Source of the DNA: Alphaproteobacteria bacterium
Lineage (GTDB): Bacteria > Pseudomonadota > Alphaproteobacteria > UBA9219 > RGZA01
Direction of reading: 5' to 3'
NCBI GenBank assembly: GCA_010031785.1
Contig: RGZA01000003.1
Coordinates: forward strand, 599 to 32,598
Length of the DNA: 32,000 bases
The notes under the pieces were generated by a model. The model was not told the origin of the DNA, did not search any database, and saw only the letters and a program-made list of their open reading frames with translations. The translations under genes were made by a program, and so were the position numbers. Below, one piece after another: positions 17,198-29,368 of this stretch; the stretch's first letter is position 1; each line of letters starts with the position of its first letter.

Positions 17198-17749
17198 TTA
17201 TTTCATAAATGGCATGGAGAAACCTTCGAGCAATGCTCGTGCTTCTTCATCGGTTTTTGCAGATGTCACGAACACAATGTCCATGCCACGAATTTCGCCC
17301 ATCTTGTCGTAATTGATTTCCGGGAAAACCAATTGTTCTTTCAGGCCCATGGCGTAGTTGCCATTGCCATCAAAGCTTTTCGTTGGAATACCACGGAAGT
17401 CGCGCACGCGCGGCAGTGCCATGTTAACCAACCGATCAAGAAATTCATACATGTGCGCACGGCGCAGCGTAACCTTGCAACCAATTGGCAATTTTGCACG
17501 CGTCTTGAAGGTCGCAATCGCTTTCTTTGCCTTGGTGACGATGGCGCGTTGACCCGCAATCAGGCTCAGTTCTTCTGCAGCTTGCGTGACTTTTTTATTG
17601 TCATTCACGCCTTCGCCAACACCCATATTGATTACGATTTTTTCAATGCGTGGCACTTCCATAACGTTTTCATATTTAAAACGTTCGATTAGCGCAGGAC
17701 GCACAACCTTTTCGTAATGTTCTTTTAGTCTTGCTTGAACCTTAGCCAT
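17198..17749 (-). CDS. rplE: 50S ribosomal protein L5
   Basis: [19 protein letters not shown]...[55 protein letters not shown]. Confidence 0.98.
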   Translation of the reverse strand: MAKVQARLKEHYEKVVRPALIERFKYENVMEVPRIEKIVINMGVGEGVNDNKKVTQAAEELSLIAGQRAIVTKAKKAIATFKTRAKLPIGCKVTLRRAHMYEFLDRLVNMALPRVRDFRGIPTKSFDGNGNYAMGLKEQLVFPEINYDKMGEIRGMDIVFVTSAKTDEEARALLEGFSMPFMK

Positions 17750-17775
17750 AACCTAACTCCTACTTATACTCTCAG

Positions 17776-18096
17776 TTAAACCCGGCGAATTTCTTCGCCA
17801 GATTTTTTAGCAACCAATGCTTTTTCGCCATTACCCAATTGCTTCACGCCTGTGCGTGTTGCCTTACCGGTCTTTGGATCAACATGCGCAACATTCGAAA
17901 TGTGAATGGATGCTTCCTTACGCACCAGACCACCAGCGCTTTGTGCGCTTGCCTTGGTGTGACGGGTAATCATGTTCACGCCAGAAACGAGAACACGGTT
18001 TTCCTTCAGGATCACCTTTAATACTTCACCGGTCTTGCCCTTGTCTTTGCCAGCAAGAATAATGACTTTATCGTTTTTCTTAATCTTCTGTTTCAT
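17776..18096 (-). CDS. rplX: 50S ribosomal protein L24
   Basis: KNDKVIILAGKDKGKTGEVLKVILKENRVLVSGVNMITRHTK (KOW motif) and typical L24 context. Confidence 0.97.
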   Translation of the reverse strand: MKQKIKKNDKVIILAGKDKGKTGEVLKVILKENRVLVSGVNMITRHTKASAQSAGGLVRKEASIHISNVAHVDPKTGKATRTGVKQLGNGEKALVAKKSGEEIRRV

Positions 18097-18098
18097 GA

Positions 18099-18467
18099 TT
18101 ACAGAACCTCTCCAGCCAACGAAATAATCTTCATGAAGCCGAGCGCGCGAAGTTCGCGAACAACGGGTCCAAAGATACGGGTGCCAATCGGTTCACGATC
18201 TTTGTTGATCAGAACCGCAGCATTGCGATCAAAGCGGATGGTCGAACCATCATCGCGCTTTACATCATACTTGGTGCGAACGATGACAGCCTTGTGTACA
18301 TCGCCTTTTTTAACACGACCACGAGGGATGGCATCCTTGATGGATACGACAATCACGTCGCCCACGGAGGCTACTTTGCGCTTGGAACCGCCCAGCACTT
18401 TAATGCACATCACCTTCTTTGCGCCGCTGTTATCAGCAACTTCCAGGGTTGATTCTTGTTGTATCAT
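18099..18467 (-). CDS. rplN: 50S ribosomal protein L14
   Basis: [57 protein letters not shown]...[24 protein letters not shown]. Confidence 0.98.
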   Translation of the reverse strand: MIQQESTLEVADNSGAKKVMCIKVLGGSKRKVASVGDVIVVSIKDAIPRGRVKKGDVHKAVIVRTKYDVKRDDGSTIRFDRNAAVLINKDREPIGTRIFGPVVRELRALGFMKIISLAGEVL

Positions 18468-18489
18468 TGCCTTATTCCCTAACTAGTTC

Positions 18490-18807
18490 TTACTTTGCTT
18501 TCGCAACTTTTTTCTTGGCTTCTTTTTTCACTGGTGCCTTCACCGCTTTTTCGACTGGCTTGGCCGTGCCGATTTCAGCGCCGCCTACCAACATCCACTT
18601 CTTACGCTTGGAAATCGGACGGCATTCAATGATGTCTACCGTTTGGCCAAGCTTAGCTTGTTTGGTTTCGTCATGCGCCAGATATTTCTTCGAGTTCTTT
18701 ACGAACTTCTTGTAAATCGGGTGCATAATGCGGCGTTCAACGAGAACGGTAATGGTCTTGTCTGCTTTATCGCTAACAACAACCCCTTGTAAAATACGAC
18801 GTGGCAT
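18490..18807 (-). CDS. rpsQ: 30S ribosomal protein S17 with Lys/Ala-rich C-terminal extension
   Basis: [47 protein letters not shown]...[21 protein letters not shown], followed by a [23 protein letters not shown] tail. Confidence 0.97.
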   Translation of the reverse strand: MPRRILQGVVVSDKADKTITVLVERRIMHPIYKKFVKNSKKYLAHDETKQAKLGQTVDIIECRPISKRKKWMLVGGAEIGTAKPVEKAVKAPVKKEAKKKVAKAK

Positions 18808-18818
18808 TAGGCTACTCC

Positions 18819-19064
18819 TTACCCTTTAGCTTTGTTTTTTTGTGCGCCTTTTTCTGCGCAGCGCTGGTTTTGAATAGTCAAAACCTTTGCAATTTCTTTC
18901 TTCACATGGCCAGAGCGTGCAGGCTTTGCCAATTGACCCGTGCTTTTTTGAAAGCGCAGATTGAATTGTTCCTTGCGCAGTACGCCAAGCTGTTCTTTCA
19001 GCTCATCGTCTGACTTCGTTCTGATGTCGCTTGCCTTTGTTAAACCCATAATCCTTACTCCCAA
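18819..19064 (-). CDS. rpmC: 50S ribosomal protein L29
   Basis: [60 protein letters not shown] is an L29 signature. The start may be the internal M at residue 6. Confidence 0.95.
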   Translation of the reverse strand: MGVRIMGLTKASDIRTKSDDELKEQLGVLRKEQFNLRFQKSTGQLAKPARSGHVKKEIAKVLTIQNQRCAEKGAQKNKAKG

Positions 19065-19085
19065 AAAATCCTATGCACAAATCTC

Positions 19086-19499
19086 TTATGCGCCGATACG
19101 CGAAACCATCTTGGTCTTGATCGGCAATTTTGCTGATGCAAGTTCAAATGCTTCCTTGGCGATTTGTGCGCTAACGCCATCAATTTCAAACATGATGCGG
19201 CCAGCGTGAACACGCATTACCCAAAATTCCGGGGTACCCTTACCGGAACCCATACGAACTTCAGCAGGCTTGCGTGATACTGGAACATCCGGAAACATGC
19301 GGATCCATACACGACCCTGACGCTTCATGTGACGTGCAATCGCGCGACGCGCTGCTTCAATCTGGCGCGCAGTAATACGTTCTGGTTCCATGGCCTTTAA
19401 ACCAAACGAACCAAATGCCAGTGTGAAACCAGCTTTTGCTGCGCCGTGAATACGACCTTTATGTCCCTTGCGGTACTTTGTTTTCTTTGGCTGTAACAT
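19086..19499 (-). CDS. rplP: 50S ribosomal protein L16
   Basis: [71 protein letters not shown]. Confidence 0.98.
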   Translation of the reverse strand: MLQPKKTKYRKGHKGRIHGAAKAGFTLAFGSFGLKAMEPERITARQIEAARRAIARHMKRQGRVWIRMFPDVPVSRKPAEVRMGSGKGTPEFWVMRVHAGRIMFEIDGVSAQIAKEAFELASAKLPIKTKMVSRIGA

Positions 19500-19559
19500 T
19501 TTCTTATCCTTGGGTTTTAACCCTTACATTATTATTCCGATCATGCTCCCATATTTTAA

Positions 19560-19594
19560 CCACATCGATCGATGTGGCGGCGGCTTATGCCGCC
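19560..19594. other. Adjacent palindromes in the rpsC-rplP spacer: CCACATCGATCGATGTGG (19560..19577) and GGCGGC-TTAT-GCCGCC (19579..19594)
   Basis: 18-bp perfect palindrome followed immediately by a 6-bp stem / 4-nt loop hairpin, read directly. A third small stem, GGGTT-TT-AACCC, lies at 19513..19524. Confidence 0.85.
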
Positions 19595-19604
19595 AAATAA
19601 AATA

Positions 19605-20285
19605 TTAAGTGCGTGATGCAGATCCTTCCAATTGACGACGTTCAACTGCACCTGGATCGTGATCCAGAATTTCGCCCTTGAAAATCCAAACTTTTACGCC
19701 GCATGCGCCATAGGTGGTTTGCGCAGTTGCAACACCGTAATCCACGTCAGCACGCAATGTGTGCAACGGAACACGTCCTTCACGGTACCATTCCATACGT
19801 GCAATTTCAGCGCCGCCCAGACGGCCACCGCAATTGATACGAATACCAAGTGCACCCAAACGCATTGCAGTTTGCACTGCACGCTTCATCGCACGACGGA
19901 AAGCCACGCGGCGTTCCAGCTGTTGCGCAATGTTTTCTGCTACAAGGGTTGAATCCAGTTCAGGCTTGCGAATTTCAACAATGTTTAAGCTCACTTCCGA
20001 AGCGGTCATTTTACCAATGTCTGCCTTCAGCTTTTCAATATCTGCGCCTTTTTTACCGATCACAACACCAGGGCGAGCCGAGTGAATGGTCACGCGCGCT
20101 TTCTTTGCCGGGCGTTCAATCACAACGCGCGCAACACCTGCTTGCTTCAATTTTTCGGTGAGGTATTCACGGATTTTGAAATCCTCGTGAAGAAGACCAC
20201 CATATTCCTTACCTGCAAACCAACGGCTATCCCATGTACGGATAATGCCTAAACGCAGACCTACTGGATTAACTTTCTGACCCAT
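19605..20285 (-). CDS. rpsC: 30S ribosomal protein S3
   Basis: [42 protein letters not shown]...[21 protein letters not shown]...[13 protein letters not shown]. Confidence 0.98.
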   Translation of the reverse strand: MGQKVNPVGLRLGIIRTWDSRWFAGKEYGGLLHEDFKIREYLTEKLKQAGVARVVIERPAKKARVTIHSARPGVVIGKKGADIEKLKADIGKMTASEVSLNIVEIRKPELDSTLVAENIAQQLERRVAFRRAMKRAVQTAMRLGALGIRINCGGRLGGAEIARMEWYREGRVPLHTLRADVDYGVATAQTTYGACGVKVWIFKGEILDHDPGAVERRQLEGSASRT

Positions 20286-20287
20286 CG

Positions 20288-20770
20288 TTACCCCTGCTCT
20301 TTTTTAGATGCTGACTTTTTAGCTTTTGGCGCAGATGCTTTTGCTTCTGTCGCAGTTTTCGCTGAAAGTTTTTTGTTGGTTGGCTTAACTTTTTTAATTT
20401 CTTCTACTTCACGTACCACGATGCGCAAATTGCTGTATGGCTTTTCAATGCCGGTACCTTTGCCGCGTGCGCGTGCATGGAAACGCTTTAGTACAAATGC
20501 GCGGCCAACGGTTGCTTCCACAACAACCAGACGATCCACATCGAGCTGATGGTTGTTTTCTGCATTGGCAATCGCGGATTGCAATACCTTGTAAACTTCT
20601 TTTGAAATGCGACGTTCATTGAACGCCAGCATGGTAAGTGCCGCTGATGCTTTCTTGCCACGGATCATTTGTGCAACAAGATTAAGCTTACGCGCGCCAG
20701 AGCGAACGGAGCGGGCAACTGCCATCGCTTCATTATCCGCTACTGGTCTTGGGTTTGCTGACTTACTCAT
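20288..20770 (-). CDS. rplV: 50S ribosomal protein L22 with Lys/Ala-rich C-terminal extension
   Basis: [59 protein letters not shown]...[23 protein letters not shown]. Confidence 0.97.
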   Translation of the reverse strand: MSKSANPRPVADNEAMAVARSVRSGARKLNLVAQMIRGKKASAALTMLAFNERRISKEVYKVLQSAIANAENNHQLDVDRLVVVEATVGRAFVLKRFHARARGKGTGIEKPYSNLRIVVREVEEIKKVKPTNKKLSAKTATEAKASAPKAKKSASKKEQG

Positions 20771-20781
20771 TCTTCAACCTC

Positions 20782-21063
20782 TTACTTTTCTTCTGTCTTT
20801 TTCTCAGTGCCGCCATGGGCAACGAAAATACGGGTAGGTGCAAATTCACCAAACTTATGACCAATCATATGTTCGGTAACCGACACAGGAATAAATTTGT
20901 GACCATTGTAAACACCAAAGGTCAGGCCAACAAACTGTGGCAAAATAGTTGAACGACGTGACCAGGTCTTGATGATTTCATGACGACCGGAAGCGCGGGC
21001 TTTATCCGCCTTCTTCAACATGTACCCATCAACAAACGGGCCTTTCCAAACTGAACGTGCCAT
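20782..21063 (-). CDS. rpsS: 30S ribosomal protein S19
   Basis: [22 protein letters not shown]...[50 protein letters not shown]. Confidence 0.98.
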   Translation of the reverse strand: MARSVWKGPFVDGYMLKKADKARASGRHEIIKTWSRRSTILPQFVGLTFGVYNGHKFIPVSVTEHMIGHKFGEFAPTRIFVAHGGTEKKTEEK

Positions 21064-21074
21064 CTTAGCTCCTA

Positions 21075-21911
21075 TTATCCCTTATTACGTTTCTTGCGAC
21101 CCTGCACAATCATGTGGCTTGTGCGCTTGTTCTTGCGTGTCTTGGTACCCTTGGTGCCCTTACCCCATGGCGTCACCGGATGGCGACCACCAGATGTACG
21201 GCCTTCACCACCACCATGCGGATGGTCGATCGGGTTCATCGCAACGCCGCGAACGGTTGGGCGCGTGCCCTTCCAGCGGTTACGGCCAGCTTTACCAAGT
21301 GAAATATTGAAATGATCAGGATTTGAAACTGCGCCAACCGTTGCCATGCAATCCTCTGGAACGAGACGAACTTCACCCGAAGTGATCTTGATTTGTGCCT
21401 TGCCATTATCACGGCCAACGAGCTGCGCATACGCACCTGCTGAACGAGCGATCTGACCACCCTTGCCCACACGCATTTCAACGTTATGGATGATGGTGCC
21501 AACGGGCATGTTCTTAAGTGGCATTGCATTGCCTGGCTTCACGTCAACACGCGCGCCGGAAACAACGGTATCACCAACTTTTAAACGTTGTGGTGCAAGA
21601 ATATAAGAAACGCGGCCATCGGTGTATTTGATGAGTGCGATGAATGCGGTACGACCTGGATCATATTCCAGACGCTCCACCGTTGCTGGAACATCATGCG
21701 TTGTGCGCTTGAAATCAACCAGACGGTAAAGCTTCTTGTGACCACCACCAATGTGACGCGTGGTGATACGGCCTTTATTGTTACGGCCACCGGTTTTACG
21801 AATGCCTTCGGTCAATGACTTAACAGGGCCACCCTTCCACAATTCGGAACGGTCAATCTGCACCAATTGACGGGTGCTGGGCGTAACGGGGTTATAGGTC
21901 TTTAATGCCAT
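21075..21911 (-). CDS. rplB: 50S ribosomal protein L2
   Basis: [17 protein letters not shown]...[28 protein letters not shown]...[29 protein letters not shown]. Confidence 0.98.
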   Translation of the reverse strand: MALKTYNPVTPSTRQLVQIDRSELWKGGPVKSLTEGIRKTGGRNNKGRITTRHIGGGHKKLYRLVDFKRTTHDVPATVERLEYDPGRTAFIALIKYTDGRVSYILAPQRLKVGDTVVSGARVDVKPGNAMPLKNMPVGTIIHNVEMRVGKGGQIARSAGAYAQLVGRDNGKAQIKITSGEVRLVPEDCMATVGAVSNPDHFNISLGKAGRNRWKGTRPTVRGVAMNPIDHPHGGGEGRTSGGRHPVTPWGKGTKGTKTRKNKRTSHMIVQGRKKRNKG

Positions 21912-21928
21912 GGTTTACTCCAACCTTC

Positions 21929-22279
21929 TTAGATACCGGTAGCAACGTCGATGCTTTGACCTTCAGCAAGCGTGACATAAGCCAGCTTGATATCAGGACG
22001 CAGACCAGGACGGCCTTTGAAATTCTTTGTTTTGCCTTTGCGGATTTGCGTATTAACTGCAACCACTTTTACCTTGAACAGAACTTCAACCGCGCCGCGA
22101 ATTTGTGGCTTGGTTGCATCGCCATGTACTTGGAACACAACTTGATTGTGCGCAGAAACCGCAGTGGTTTTTTCGCTCATGATCGGGCGGATGATGGTGT
22201 TATAATCACATGCCGTTGGAGCTTTTTTAGCTTCTACTGCTTTTTTTGTTTTCGCCGATTTTTGATTTACTGGGCTCAT
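21929..22279 (-). CDS. rplW: 50S ribosomal protein L23
   Basis: [64 protein letters not shown]. Confidence 0.97.
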   Translation of the reverse strand: MSPVNQKSAKTKKAVEAKKAPTACDYNTIIRPIMSEKTTAVSAHNQVVFQVHGDATKPQIRGAVEVLFKVKVVAVNTQIRKGKTKNFKGRPGLRPDIKLAYVTLAEGQSIDVATGI

Positions 22280-22899
22280 TTGAGGCGCTCCGTCAATTGT
22301 TCAACTGCGTTCTTGGTAAGAACCAACGTATCGCGGCGGATAATGTCATACACATTCGCGCCTTGTTCTGGCAGCACATCCACATGCTTGATGTTGCGCA
22401 CCGAAAGAGCGAAGTTTTTATCAAGATTTGCACCATCAATGATCAATACCGAGTCATTGGCGCCCAAACCCTTAAGGGCGGTTGCCATTGCCTTGGTCTT
22501 GATGCCATCAGCCTTTGCAGTATCGATGACGATCAACTTGCCTTCAGCTTGCTTGGCTGACAATGCAACGCGCAATGCTTGTGCACGAACTTTCTTTGGC
22601 AGATCATATTCGTGTGAGCGAACAACCGGTCCAAAAATTACAGCCCCCTTGCGGAATTGCGGTGAACGCAAGCTACCTTGACGTGCACGGCCAGTACCCT
22701 TTTGAGCCCATGGCTTCTTGGTCGTACCGCTGATATCCGAGATACCTTTGGTTTTGTGATTACCCGAGCGACGCTTGGAAAGCTGCCAGTGAATGGCGCG
22801 CGCCAATAAATCCTGACGAACATCACAGCCAAATACATCTTGCTGCAATTCAATTTCGCCAACGACTTTGTTTTGTAAGTTTTTAATTGGGAGCTTCAT
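22276..22899 (-). CDS. rplD: 50S ribosomal protein L4
   Basis: [74 protein letters not shown]. Confidence 0.98.
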   Translation of the reverse strand: MKLPIKNLQNKVVGEIELQQDVFGCDVRQDLLARAIHWQLSKRRSGNHKTKGISDISGTTKKPWAQKGTGRARQGSLRSPQFRKGAVIFGPVVRSHEYDLPKKVRAQALRVALSAKQAEGKLIVIDTAKADGIKTKAMATALKGLGANDSVLIIDGANLDKNFALSVRNIKHVDVLPEQGANVYDIIRRDTLVLTKNAVEQLTERLK

Positions 22900-22902
22900 G
22901 GC

Positions 22903-23655
22903 TTATTCCTTATTTTCTTCAGCAGGTGCTGCATCAGCGGGAGCAGCTTCTGCTTCCTTTTCAGTCTTTGCAGAACTTTGCAATAAACCTGCTGGCTTTG
23001 GTGCATCCTTTGGCAGAACGCGCTTTACAGCATCGCGAACCATTACAAACGAACCTTCTGAACCTGGAACCGAACCGCTTACGAACAACAAGCCTTCTTC
23101 TGCATCAACCTGAACGATGGAAAGATTTGGGATCGTTGCGCGAACCTGACCCATGTGACCGGCCATTTTCTTATTTTTGAAAACGCGACCTGGATCCTGA
23201 CGGTTACCGGTTGAACCATGCGCACGGTGAGTAATCGACACACCATGTGATGCTGGCATACCAGCAAAATTGTGGCGCTTCATAACACCCTGGAAGCCCT
23301 TACCGATCGTGGTGCCGGTAACATCAACGAATTGACCTGGCACAAAATGTTCTGCGCTGATTTCTGCGCCGACTTCCAGAACTGCATCCTTGGATACACG
23401 GAATTCAACGAGCTTGCGCTTTGGCAACACATTTGCTTTTGCAAAATGGCCGCGCGATGCCTTGGTAGCACGGCTTGCCTTTACATCATCAAAACCCATT
23501 TGTACGGCAGTATAACCGTTCTTTTCTTCTGAGCGAACAGCAACAACTTGATTGCCCTTCATCAACAAAACGGTAACAGCGATATGCTGGCCTTTGGTAT
23601 CAAAGACCTTCGTCATACCCAGTTTTTTTGCAACAATACCTGTTCTCATCATCAA
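22903..23655 (-). CDS. rplC: 50S ribosomal protein L3
   Basis: [19 protein letters not shown]...[50 protein letters not shown]. Confidence 0.98.
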   Translation of the reverse strand: MMMRTGIVAKKLGMTKVFDTKGQHIAVTVLLMKGNQVVAVRSEEKNGYTAVQMGFDDVKASRATKASRGHFAKANVLPKRKLVEFRVSKDAVLEVGAEISAEHFVPGQFVDVTGTTIGKGFQGVMKRHNFAGMPASHGVSITHRAHGSTGNRQDPGRVFKNKKMAGHMGQVRATIPNLSIVQVDAEEGLLFVSGSVPGSEGSFVMVRDAVKRVLPKDAPKPAGLLQSSAKTEKEAEAAPADAAPAEENKE

Positions 23656-23658
23656 CTC

Positions 23659-23979
23659 CTACGCTGCGCCCTGCAGCTTGATTTCAACATCAACGCCTGC
23701 GGCCAGATCGAGCTTCATCAGCGCATCAATGGTTTGTGGCGTTGCTTCAAGAATATCGAGCAAGCGTTTATGGGTACGAATTTCAAACTGTTCACGTGAT
23801 TTCTTATCAACGTGTGGGCCACGGTTTACAGTGAAACGTTCAAAACGTGTTGGCAAAGGAATGGGTCCGCGTACGCGGGCGCCGGTTCTTTTTGCCGTGT
23901 TGACGATTTCGCTCACTGACGTATCAAGTACGCGGTGGTCAAATGCCTTAAGGCGGATACGGATAACTTGCGCTTCCAT
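23659..23979 (-). CDS. rpsJ: 30S ribosomal protein S10
   Basis: [71 protein letters not shown]. Confidence 0.98.
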   Translation of the reverse strand: MEAQVIRIRLKAFDHRVLDTSVSEIVNTAKRTGARVRGPIPLPTRFERFTVNRGPHVDKKSREQFEIRTHKRLLDILEATPQTIDALMKLDLAAGVDVEIKLQGAA

Positions 23980-24111
23980 GAGAATCGCTTTCTTCTTTTT
24001 TTCCTGCTCCTTGGTCTTTGAGCTTTTCGTTTATGCAGTCATTGCAAAAAATCAAAAAGCAAATAGCCAAAAAGACTTTCCATTTGACAGACTTTCCGGA
24101 CAATCCCAAGA

Positions 24112-25299
24112 TTACTCAATAATCTTAGCAACAACGCCTGCACCTACGGTGCGGCCACCTTCACGAATAGCAAAGCGCAGACCTTCATCCATAGCGATTG
24201 GGGAGATAAGCTTCACTTCAATCGCGATGTTGTCGCCTGGCATTACCATTTCCGTACCGGCTGGCAGAATAACTTCGCCAGTAACGTCGGTGGTACGGAA
24301 GTAGAATTGTGGACGGTAGTCGTTGAAGAATGGCGTATGACGGCCACCTTCTTCCTTGGTCAGAACGTAGATTTCTGCCTTGAACTTGGTGTGTGGGGTG
24401 ATGGTGCCTGGCTTAGCCAATACTTGGCCGCGCTCAACATCTTCACGCTTGGTACCACGGAGCAATGCACCGATGTTGTCGCCTGCTTCGCCTTGATCCA
24501 AAAGCTTGCGGAACATTTCAACGCCCGTAACGATGGTTTTTTGGGTTGGGCGAATACCAACGATTTCGATTTCTTCGCCAACTTTAACAATACCACGTTC
24601 AACGCGTCCGGTAACAACCGTACCACGGCCAGAGATCGAGAACACGTCTTCGATTGGCATCAGGAATGGCTTGTCAACTTCACGCTTTGGTTGTGGGATG
24701 TAGCTATCAACAGCTTCCATCAGCTTGATAATAGCTTGTTCGCCGATTTCTGGTTGCTTGTCTTCAAGCGCGCAAACAGCAGAACCCTTGATGATGGGGA
24801 TTTCATCGCCTGGGAACTTGTAGGATTTCAGCAAATCGCGGATTTCCATTTCTACCAGTTCAACCAGATCCTTATCAGCAAGATCCATCTTGTTCATGAA
24901 TACCACAATCGCAGGAACACCTACTTGGCGAGCAAGCAGAATGTGTTCGCGGGTTTGTGGCATTGGGCCGTCAGCAGCTGAAACAACGAGAATCGCGCCA
25001 TCCATCTGAGCCGCACCGGTGATCATGTTCTTCACATAATCGGCGTGGCCTGGGCAATCAACGTGTGCGTAGTGGCGGTTTGCGGTTTGGTATTCAACGT
25101 GTGCGGTTGAAATCGTAATACCACGTGCGCGTTCTTCAGGTGCTTTATCGATCATGTCGTAAGCAGTGAAGGTTGCGCCGCCGGACTTGGCGAGAACCTT
25201 GGTAATCGCAGCAGTCAATGATGTTTTGCCATGATCAACGTGACCGATGGTGCCGATGTTGCAGTGCGGCTTACTGCGATCAAACTTTTCTTTTGCCAT
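24112..25299 (-). CDS. tuf: Translation elongation factor Tu
   Basis: 395 aa: [76 protein letters not shown]. Confidence 0.99.
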   Translation of the reverse strand: MAKEKFDRSKPHCNIGTIGHVDHGKTSLTAAITKVLAKSGGATFTAYDMIDKAPEERARGITISTAHVEYQTANRHYAHVDCPGHADYVKNMITGAAQMDGAILVVSAADGPMPQTREHILLARQVGVPAIVVFMNKMDLADKDLVELVEMEIRDLLKSYKFPGDEIPIIKGSAVCALEDKQPEIGEQAIIKLMEAVDSYIPQPKREVDKPFLMPIEDVFSISGRGTVVTGRVERGIVKVGEEIEIVGIRPTQKTIVTGVEMFRKLLDQGEAGDNIGALLRGTKREDVERGQVLAKPGTITPHTKFKAEIYVLTKEEGGRHTPFFNDYRPQFYFRTTDVTGEVILPAGTEMVMPGDNIAIEVKLISPIAMDEGLRFAIREGGRTVGAGVVAKIIE

Positions 25300-25345
25300 T
25301 TTTCTCTCCGTTTATTTTACGACGTTTAATTAAAACCTAATCTAC

Positions 25346-27424
25346 TTAACTGGCTAACTTAGCTTTCACTTCATCAGCGACATTCTGTGGAACCCGATCA
25401 TAATGATGGAACTCCATCGAATAACTTGCACGACCCTGCGACATGGAGCGCAGCGTGTTAACATAACCGAACATGGCGGCGAGCGGCACGGATGCTTCGA
25501 TCACGCGCGCATTACCGCGTTGATCCATTCCAAGCACCTGACCACGACGGCTGTTTAAATCGCCGATCACGTCGCCCATGTAATCTTCTGGGGTTACTAC
25601 TTCAACTTTCATGATTGGCTCTAGCAATACTGGGCCGGCCTTTTGCATACCCTCACGGAATGCTGCACGTGCAGCGATTTCGAATGCGAGCGCGGACGAA
25701 TCCACGTCATGGTATGCACCATCAATAAGCGTGATCTTGAAATCGATCGATGGGAAGCCAGCGATAACGCCGGTGTTCTTTGCTGATTCCAGACCCTTTT
25801 CAACGCCCGGGATGTATTCTTTTGGAACTGCACCGCCCTTAAGGTTGGTTGCGAATTCAAAACCCGTACCTGGTTCCAATGGTTCGAATTCCATGATGAC
25901 GCGGGCAAATTGACCCGTACCACCGGATTGCTTTTTATGAGTGTAATCCACCGTTGTTTTTTTGCTGATGGTTTCGCGGTAGGCAACTTGCGGTGCGCCA
26001 ACGGTTGCATCAACCTTGTAGGTACGGCGAAGAATATCGACCTTAATTTCAAGATGAAGCTCGCCCATACCCTTAAGAATGGTTTGGCCGGTTTCTTGGT
26101 CAGAGGTAACGCGGAATGATGGATCTTCTTGTGCAAGACGAGCAAGGGCAACGCCCATTTTTTCTTGGTCAGCCTTGGTCTTTGGCTCAATCGCAACTTC
26201 GATAACCGGATCGGGGAATACCATGCGTTCCAGAATAATTGGCTTTGCTTCATCGCAAAGTGTTTCACCAGTTGTGGTTTCTTTAAGCGCTGTCAAAGCA
26301 ACGATGTCACCCGCATAGGCTTCCTTGATTTCTTCGCGTGTATTAGCATGCATGAGCAACATGCGGCCAATACGTTCGCGCTTATCTTTAATGGTGTTTT
26401 GAACATAGGAACCTGATTCCAGCTTACCGGAGTAAACGCGGAAGAAGGTCAATGAACCCACGAATGGATCAGTCATAATCTTGAATGCTAAACCGCTGAA
26501 TGGTTCAGCATCGGAAGCATTACGGGTCATTTCTTCGCCTGTATCAGGATGCACACCCTTCACCGCTGGAATGTCGAGTGGTGAAGGAAGATAATCAACC
26601 ACTGCGTCTAACATTGGCTGAACGCCCTTGTTCTTAAATGCAGAGCCGCACAATACAGGTACAAATTTACGGCTGATGCAACCCTTGCGGATGCACATCT
26701 TTAATGTCGCAAGGTCTGGTTCTTGACCATTCAGATAGGCTTCCATCGCCTTATCATCCATTTCAACAGCCATATCGAGCATCTTGGCGCGGTATTCCGC
26801 AGCCTTTTCTTTAAGATCAGCTGGAATGTCGGTTTCAAAGAATTCTGCGCCTAGGGCCTCGTCTTTCCAAACAACAGCCTTCATCTTCAAAAGATCAATG
26901 ATACCTTTGTGCTCAGCTTCGGTACCGATTGGCAACTGGGTTACCAATGGGTTTGCGCCAAGGCGGTCGATCATCATCTCAACGGTGCGGTAGAAATTCG
27001 CACCAGTGCGATCCATCTTATTGACGAATGCAATACGTGGAACATTATACTTATCAGCTTGACGCCATACGGTTTCGGATTGTGGCTCAACGCCAGCAAC
27101 CGAGTCATACACAGCAATCGCGCCATCAAGTACGCGAAGTGAGCGCTCAACTTCGATGGTGAAATCCACGTGGCCGGGGGTATCAATAATATTGAGACGG
27201 TGACCGTTCCAGAAGCAGGTGGTCGCAGCAGATGTAATGGTAATACCGCGTTCTTGTTCTTGTTCCATCCAATCCATCGTCGCAGCGCCATCATGCACTT
27301 CGCCAATTTTGTGGGATTTACCGGTATAGTACAAAATACGTTCAGTGGTCGTCGTTTTACCAGCATCGATGTGAGCCATGATGCCGAAATTGCGGTATTT
27401 TTCGAGAGGGTACTGACGGGCCAT
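25346..27424 (-). CDS. fusA: Translation elongation factor G
   Basis: 692 aa: [107 protein letters not shown]. Confidence 0.99.
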   Translation of the reverse strand: MARQYPLEKYRNFGIMAHIDAGKTTTTERILYYTGKSHKIGEVHDGAATMDWMEQEQERGITITSAATTCFWNGHRLNIIDTPGHVDFTIEVERSLRVLDGAIAVYDSVAGVEPQSETVWRQADKYNVPRIAFVNKMDRTGANFYRTVEMMIDRLGANPLVTQLPIGTEAEHKGIIDLLKMKAVVWKDEALGAEFFETDIPADLKEKAAEYRAKMLDMAVEMDDKAMEAYLNGQEPDLATLKMCIRKGCISRKFVPVLCGSAFKNKGVQPMLDAVVDYLPSPLDIPAVKGVHPDTGEEMTRNASDAEPFSGLAFKIMTDPFVGSLTFFRVYSGKLESGSYVQNTIKDKRERIGRMLLMHANTREEIKEAYAGDIVALTALKETTTGETLCDEAKPIILERMVFPDPVIEVAIEPKTKADQEKMGVALARLAQEDPSFRVTSDQETGQTILKGMGELHLEIKVDILRRTYKVDATVGAPQVAYRETISKKTTVDYTHKKQSGGTGQFARVIMEFEPLEPGTGFEFATNLKGGAVPKEYIPGVEKGLESAKNTGVIAGFPSIDFKITLIDGAYHDVDSSALAFEIAARAAFREGMQKAGPVLLEPIMKVEVVTPEDYMGDVIGDLNSRRGQVLGMDQRGNARVIEASVPLAAMFGYVNTLRSMSQGRASYSMEFHHYDRVPQNVADEVKAKLAS

Positions 27425-27473
27425 AACGGATTTTCCTAAATCTTAGAACAACAGAGAATTACCAGCGCAACTA

Positions 27474-27738
27474 TTACCAACGATAATGAGCAAATGCCTT
27501 ATTCGCATCTGCCATACGATGGGTGTCTTCGCGCTTCTTGATCGCAGCGCCGCGATTATTGATTGCATCCATGATTTCACCAGCAAGGCGATCGATCATG
27601 GTTTTTTCATTACGTGAACGTGCTGCATTGATCATCCAGCGCATTGCAAGTGCAAGGCCGCGATTTGCCAAGGACAAGATCACCGAACTTTGGATCGGGG
27701 AGAATTTCGCGTTTTTCTGCTCTATGACGACGTGACAT
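27474..27738 (-). pseudogene. rpsG: 30S ribosomal protein S7 gene, internally deleted and frameshifted as it appears in this sequence
   Basis: From ATG at 27738: [23 protein letters not shown] (S7 N-terminus) then [19 protein letters not shown]. In a second frame: [62 protein letters not shown] (S7 C-terminus). The locus is 265 nt against ~471 nt for a 156-aa S7, and the central part is absent. Confidence 0.85.
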
Positions 27739-27757
27739 GCTTTAATTCCTTTTAAGA

Positions 27758-28129
27758 TTATTTCGGACGCTTCGCGCCATACTTTGAACGGCGCTGCTTG
27801 CGGTCTTTTACGCCTTGGGTATCAAGGGTACCGCGAATGATGTGGTAACGAACGCCTGGCAAATCCTTCACACGACCGCCACGGATCATCACAACACTAT
27901 GCTCTTGAAGATTGTGCTTTTCACCAGGAATGTAGCTGATGACTTCAAAGCCATTGGTCAGGCGCACACGAGCAACCTTACGCAAAGCAGAGTTTGGCTT
28001 CTTTGGCGTGGTTGTGTAAACGCGGGTGCATACACCGCGACGTTGTGGCGATTCCTGCAAGGCTGGAACCTTGTCACGGGTCTTCTTTAAGCCGCGTTGC
28101 TTGCGGATAAGCTGGTTAATTGTTGGCAT
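27758..28129 (-). CDS. rpsL: 30S ribosomal protein S12
   Basis: [12 protein letters not shown]...[67 protein letters not shown]. Confidence 0.99.
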   Translation of the reverse strand: MPTINQLIRKQRGLKKTRDKVPALQESPQRRGVCTRVYTTTPKKPNSALRKVARVRLTNGFEVISYIPGEKHNLQEHSVVMIRGGRVKDLPGVRYHIIRGTLDTQGVKDRKQRRSKYGAKRPK

Positions 28130-28562
28130 ACGCCTAATCCCTTTTTTAAGTTAGCCACATGGCTTTCACCGCATGACAATACACAAAACATAAAACGCCA
28201 AACGCATGACTGCCTTTGGCTTGAAGGAGAGAAATTGATCTTTGCGCATCATTCAAGCAGTAAAAACCGCTAAAACGGCAACTCCGCGTTGCGCTAAACC
28301 AGTGACTTCTCTCGAGAAACTCGATTACTCAATACTTAAAAACGACCTAGCAGGAAGCGCATCAGCACATGATCAACCTGTTGAAAGCGCCTTTGTTTGT
28401 TGTGTTTTCAGCATGTCGGTGGACATTTTCGAAAGCAGAACACTCATAAAGCGCGCGCATATTATGTATTCGGTACACCCGCGTCAAGCGTTTATTTAAA
28501 GGCTTTTTTAATAAAGATTCCGGCCTCACACCCACCCAAAAATTGGGACAAGCACCCCTAAT

Positions 28563-29279
28563 TTAATTTTCCTTAACTGCGCCAAAGGCAGCAAAACAGC
28601 TGTTTTTATGCAAAACCTCGACATTACAAAACCCAACTTTGCGCAATAAATCCAGTTGAAACATCAAAGAACGAGGAGAATCTTCCTGTGCGATATAATC
28701 GAATACCTTATCACGATATGCCTCGTCTTTCAGATTAGAAAGATAAACACCATAACGCTTCCACATCATCGCTTGCACACGTGCATCCGAATGCTCGATT
28801 AAATCTGAAATCCAGATGGAGCCCTGTTGCTTAAGCGACGCATGCAGTTTAGTAAACACCGCTTCCCATTCGGCTGTTTCGCGCAAATGGTGCAAAACCG
28901 CTGACGCACATATGATATCAAATTGGGATTCCCCAATGTTTAGTTCGCGCACATCCGCTTGAATAGCAGTCACCTTGCCCGATGTTACAAGACTAACGCG
29001 CTCTACCGCACGTTCCAACATGGGCGCACTAAGGTCTATGAGCGTTACATTCAGATTTGGCAAACGTTCCAATATTTTAAGGGAATAATTGCCAGCTCCA
29101 CAGCCAACATCAAGCAACGACGTTGCTGTGGCAGGAGCCAAGCTTGAGGCTGCTTCAGCGATCAACGCAAGCGATAACGGTGCATCAATCGTAGCCGATT
29201 GTCCCGTTTCAAGATTTGAAAAACGCTCAACATCAGCATCAAAGCGTTCACGAATTTGCGCTACGGTGGATTTATTCAT
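28563..29279 (-). CDS. Class I SAM-dependent methyltransferase
   Basis: 238 aa: motif I SLLDVGCGAGNYSLKILE, motif II NVTLIDLSAPML, FDIICASAVLHHL. Confidence 0.88.
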   Translation of the reverse strand: MNKSTVAQIRERFDADVERFSNLETGQSATIDAPLSLALIAEAASSLAPATATSLLDVGCGAGNYSLKILERLPNLNVTLIDLSAPMLERAVERVSLVTSGKVTAIQADVRELNIGESQFDIICASAVLHHLRETAEWEAVFTKLHASLKQQGSIWISDLIEHSDARVQAMMWKRYGVYLSNLKDEAYRDKVFDYIAQEDSPRSLMFQLDLLRKVGFCNVEVLHKNSCFAAFGAVKEN

Positions 29280-29368
29280 TGCGTTAATCCTCTAATTAAA
29301 ATGGCATTTTTTGCATTCTCTAAATCTAACAAATATTTATACCAAACAATCTCTATTGTTTTAAAGGC

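Noticed and set aside
18739-18807. Frameshift or fusion suspected from long Lys/Ala tails on S17 and L22
   Set aside because: Such basic low-complexity extensions are common in alphaproteobacterial r-proteins and the reading frames end cleanly.
23980-24111. tRNA or small RNA in the tuf-rpsJ gap
   Set aside because: No cloverleaf pattern or convincing terminator was found by eye; likely only a promoter/leader region for the S10 operon.
28242-28499. 85-aa plus-strand ORF upstream of rpsL
   Set aside because: No family features, low-complexity-like composition, and located in a promoter/leader-type region. Insufficient support as a gene.
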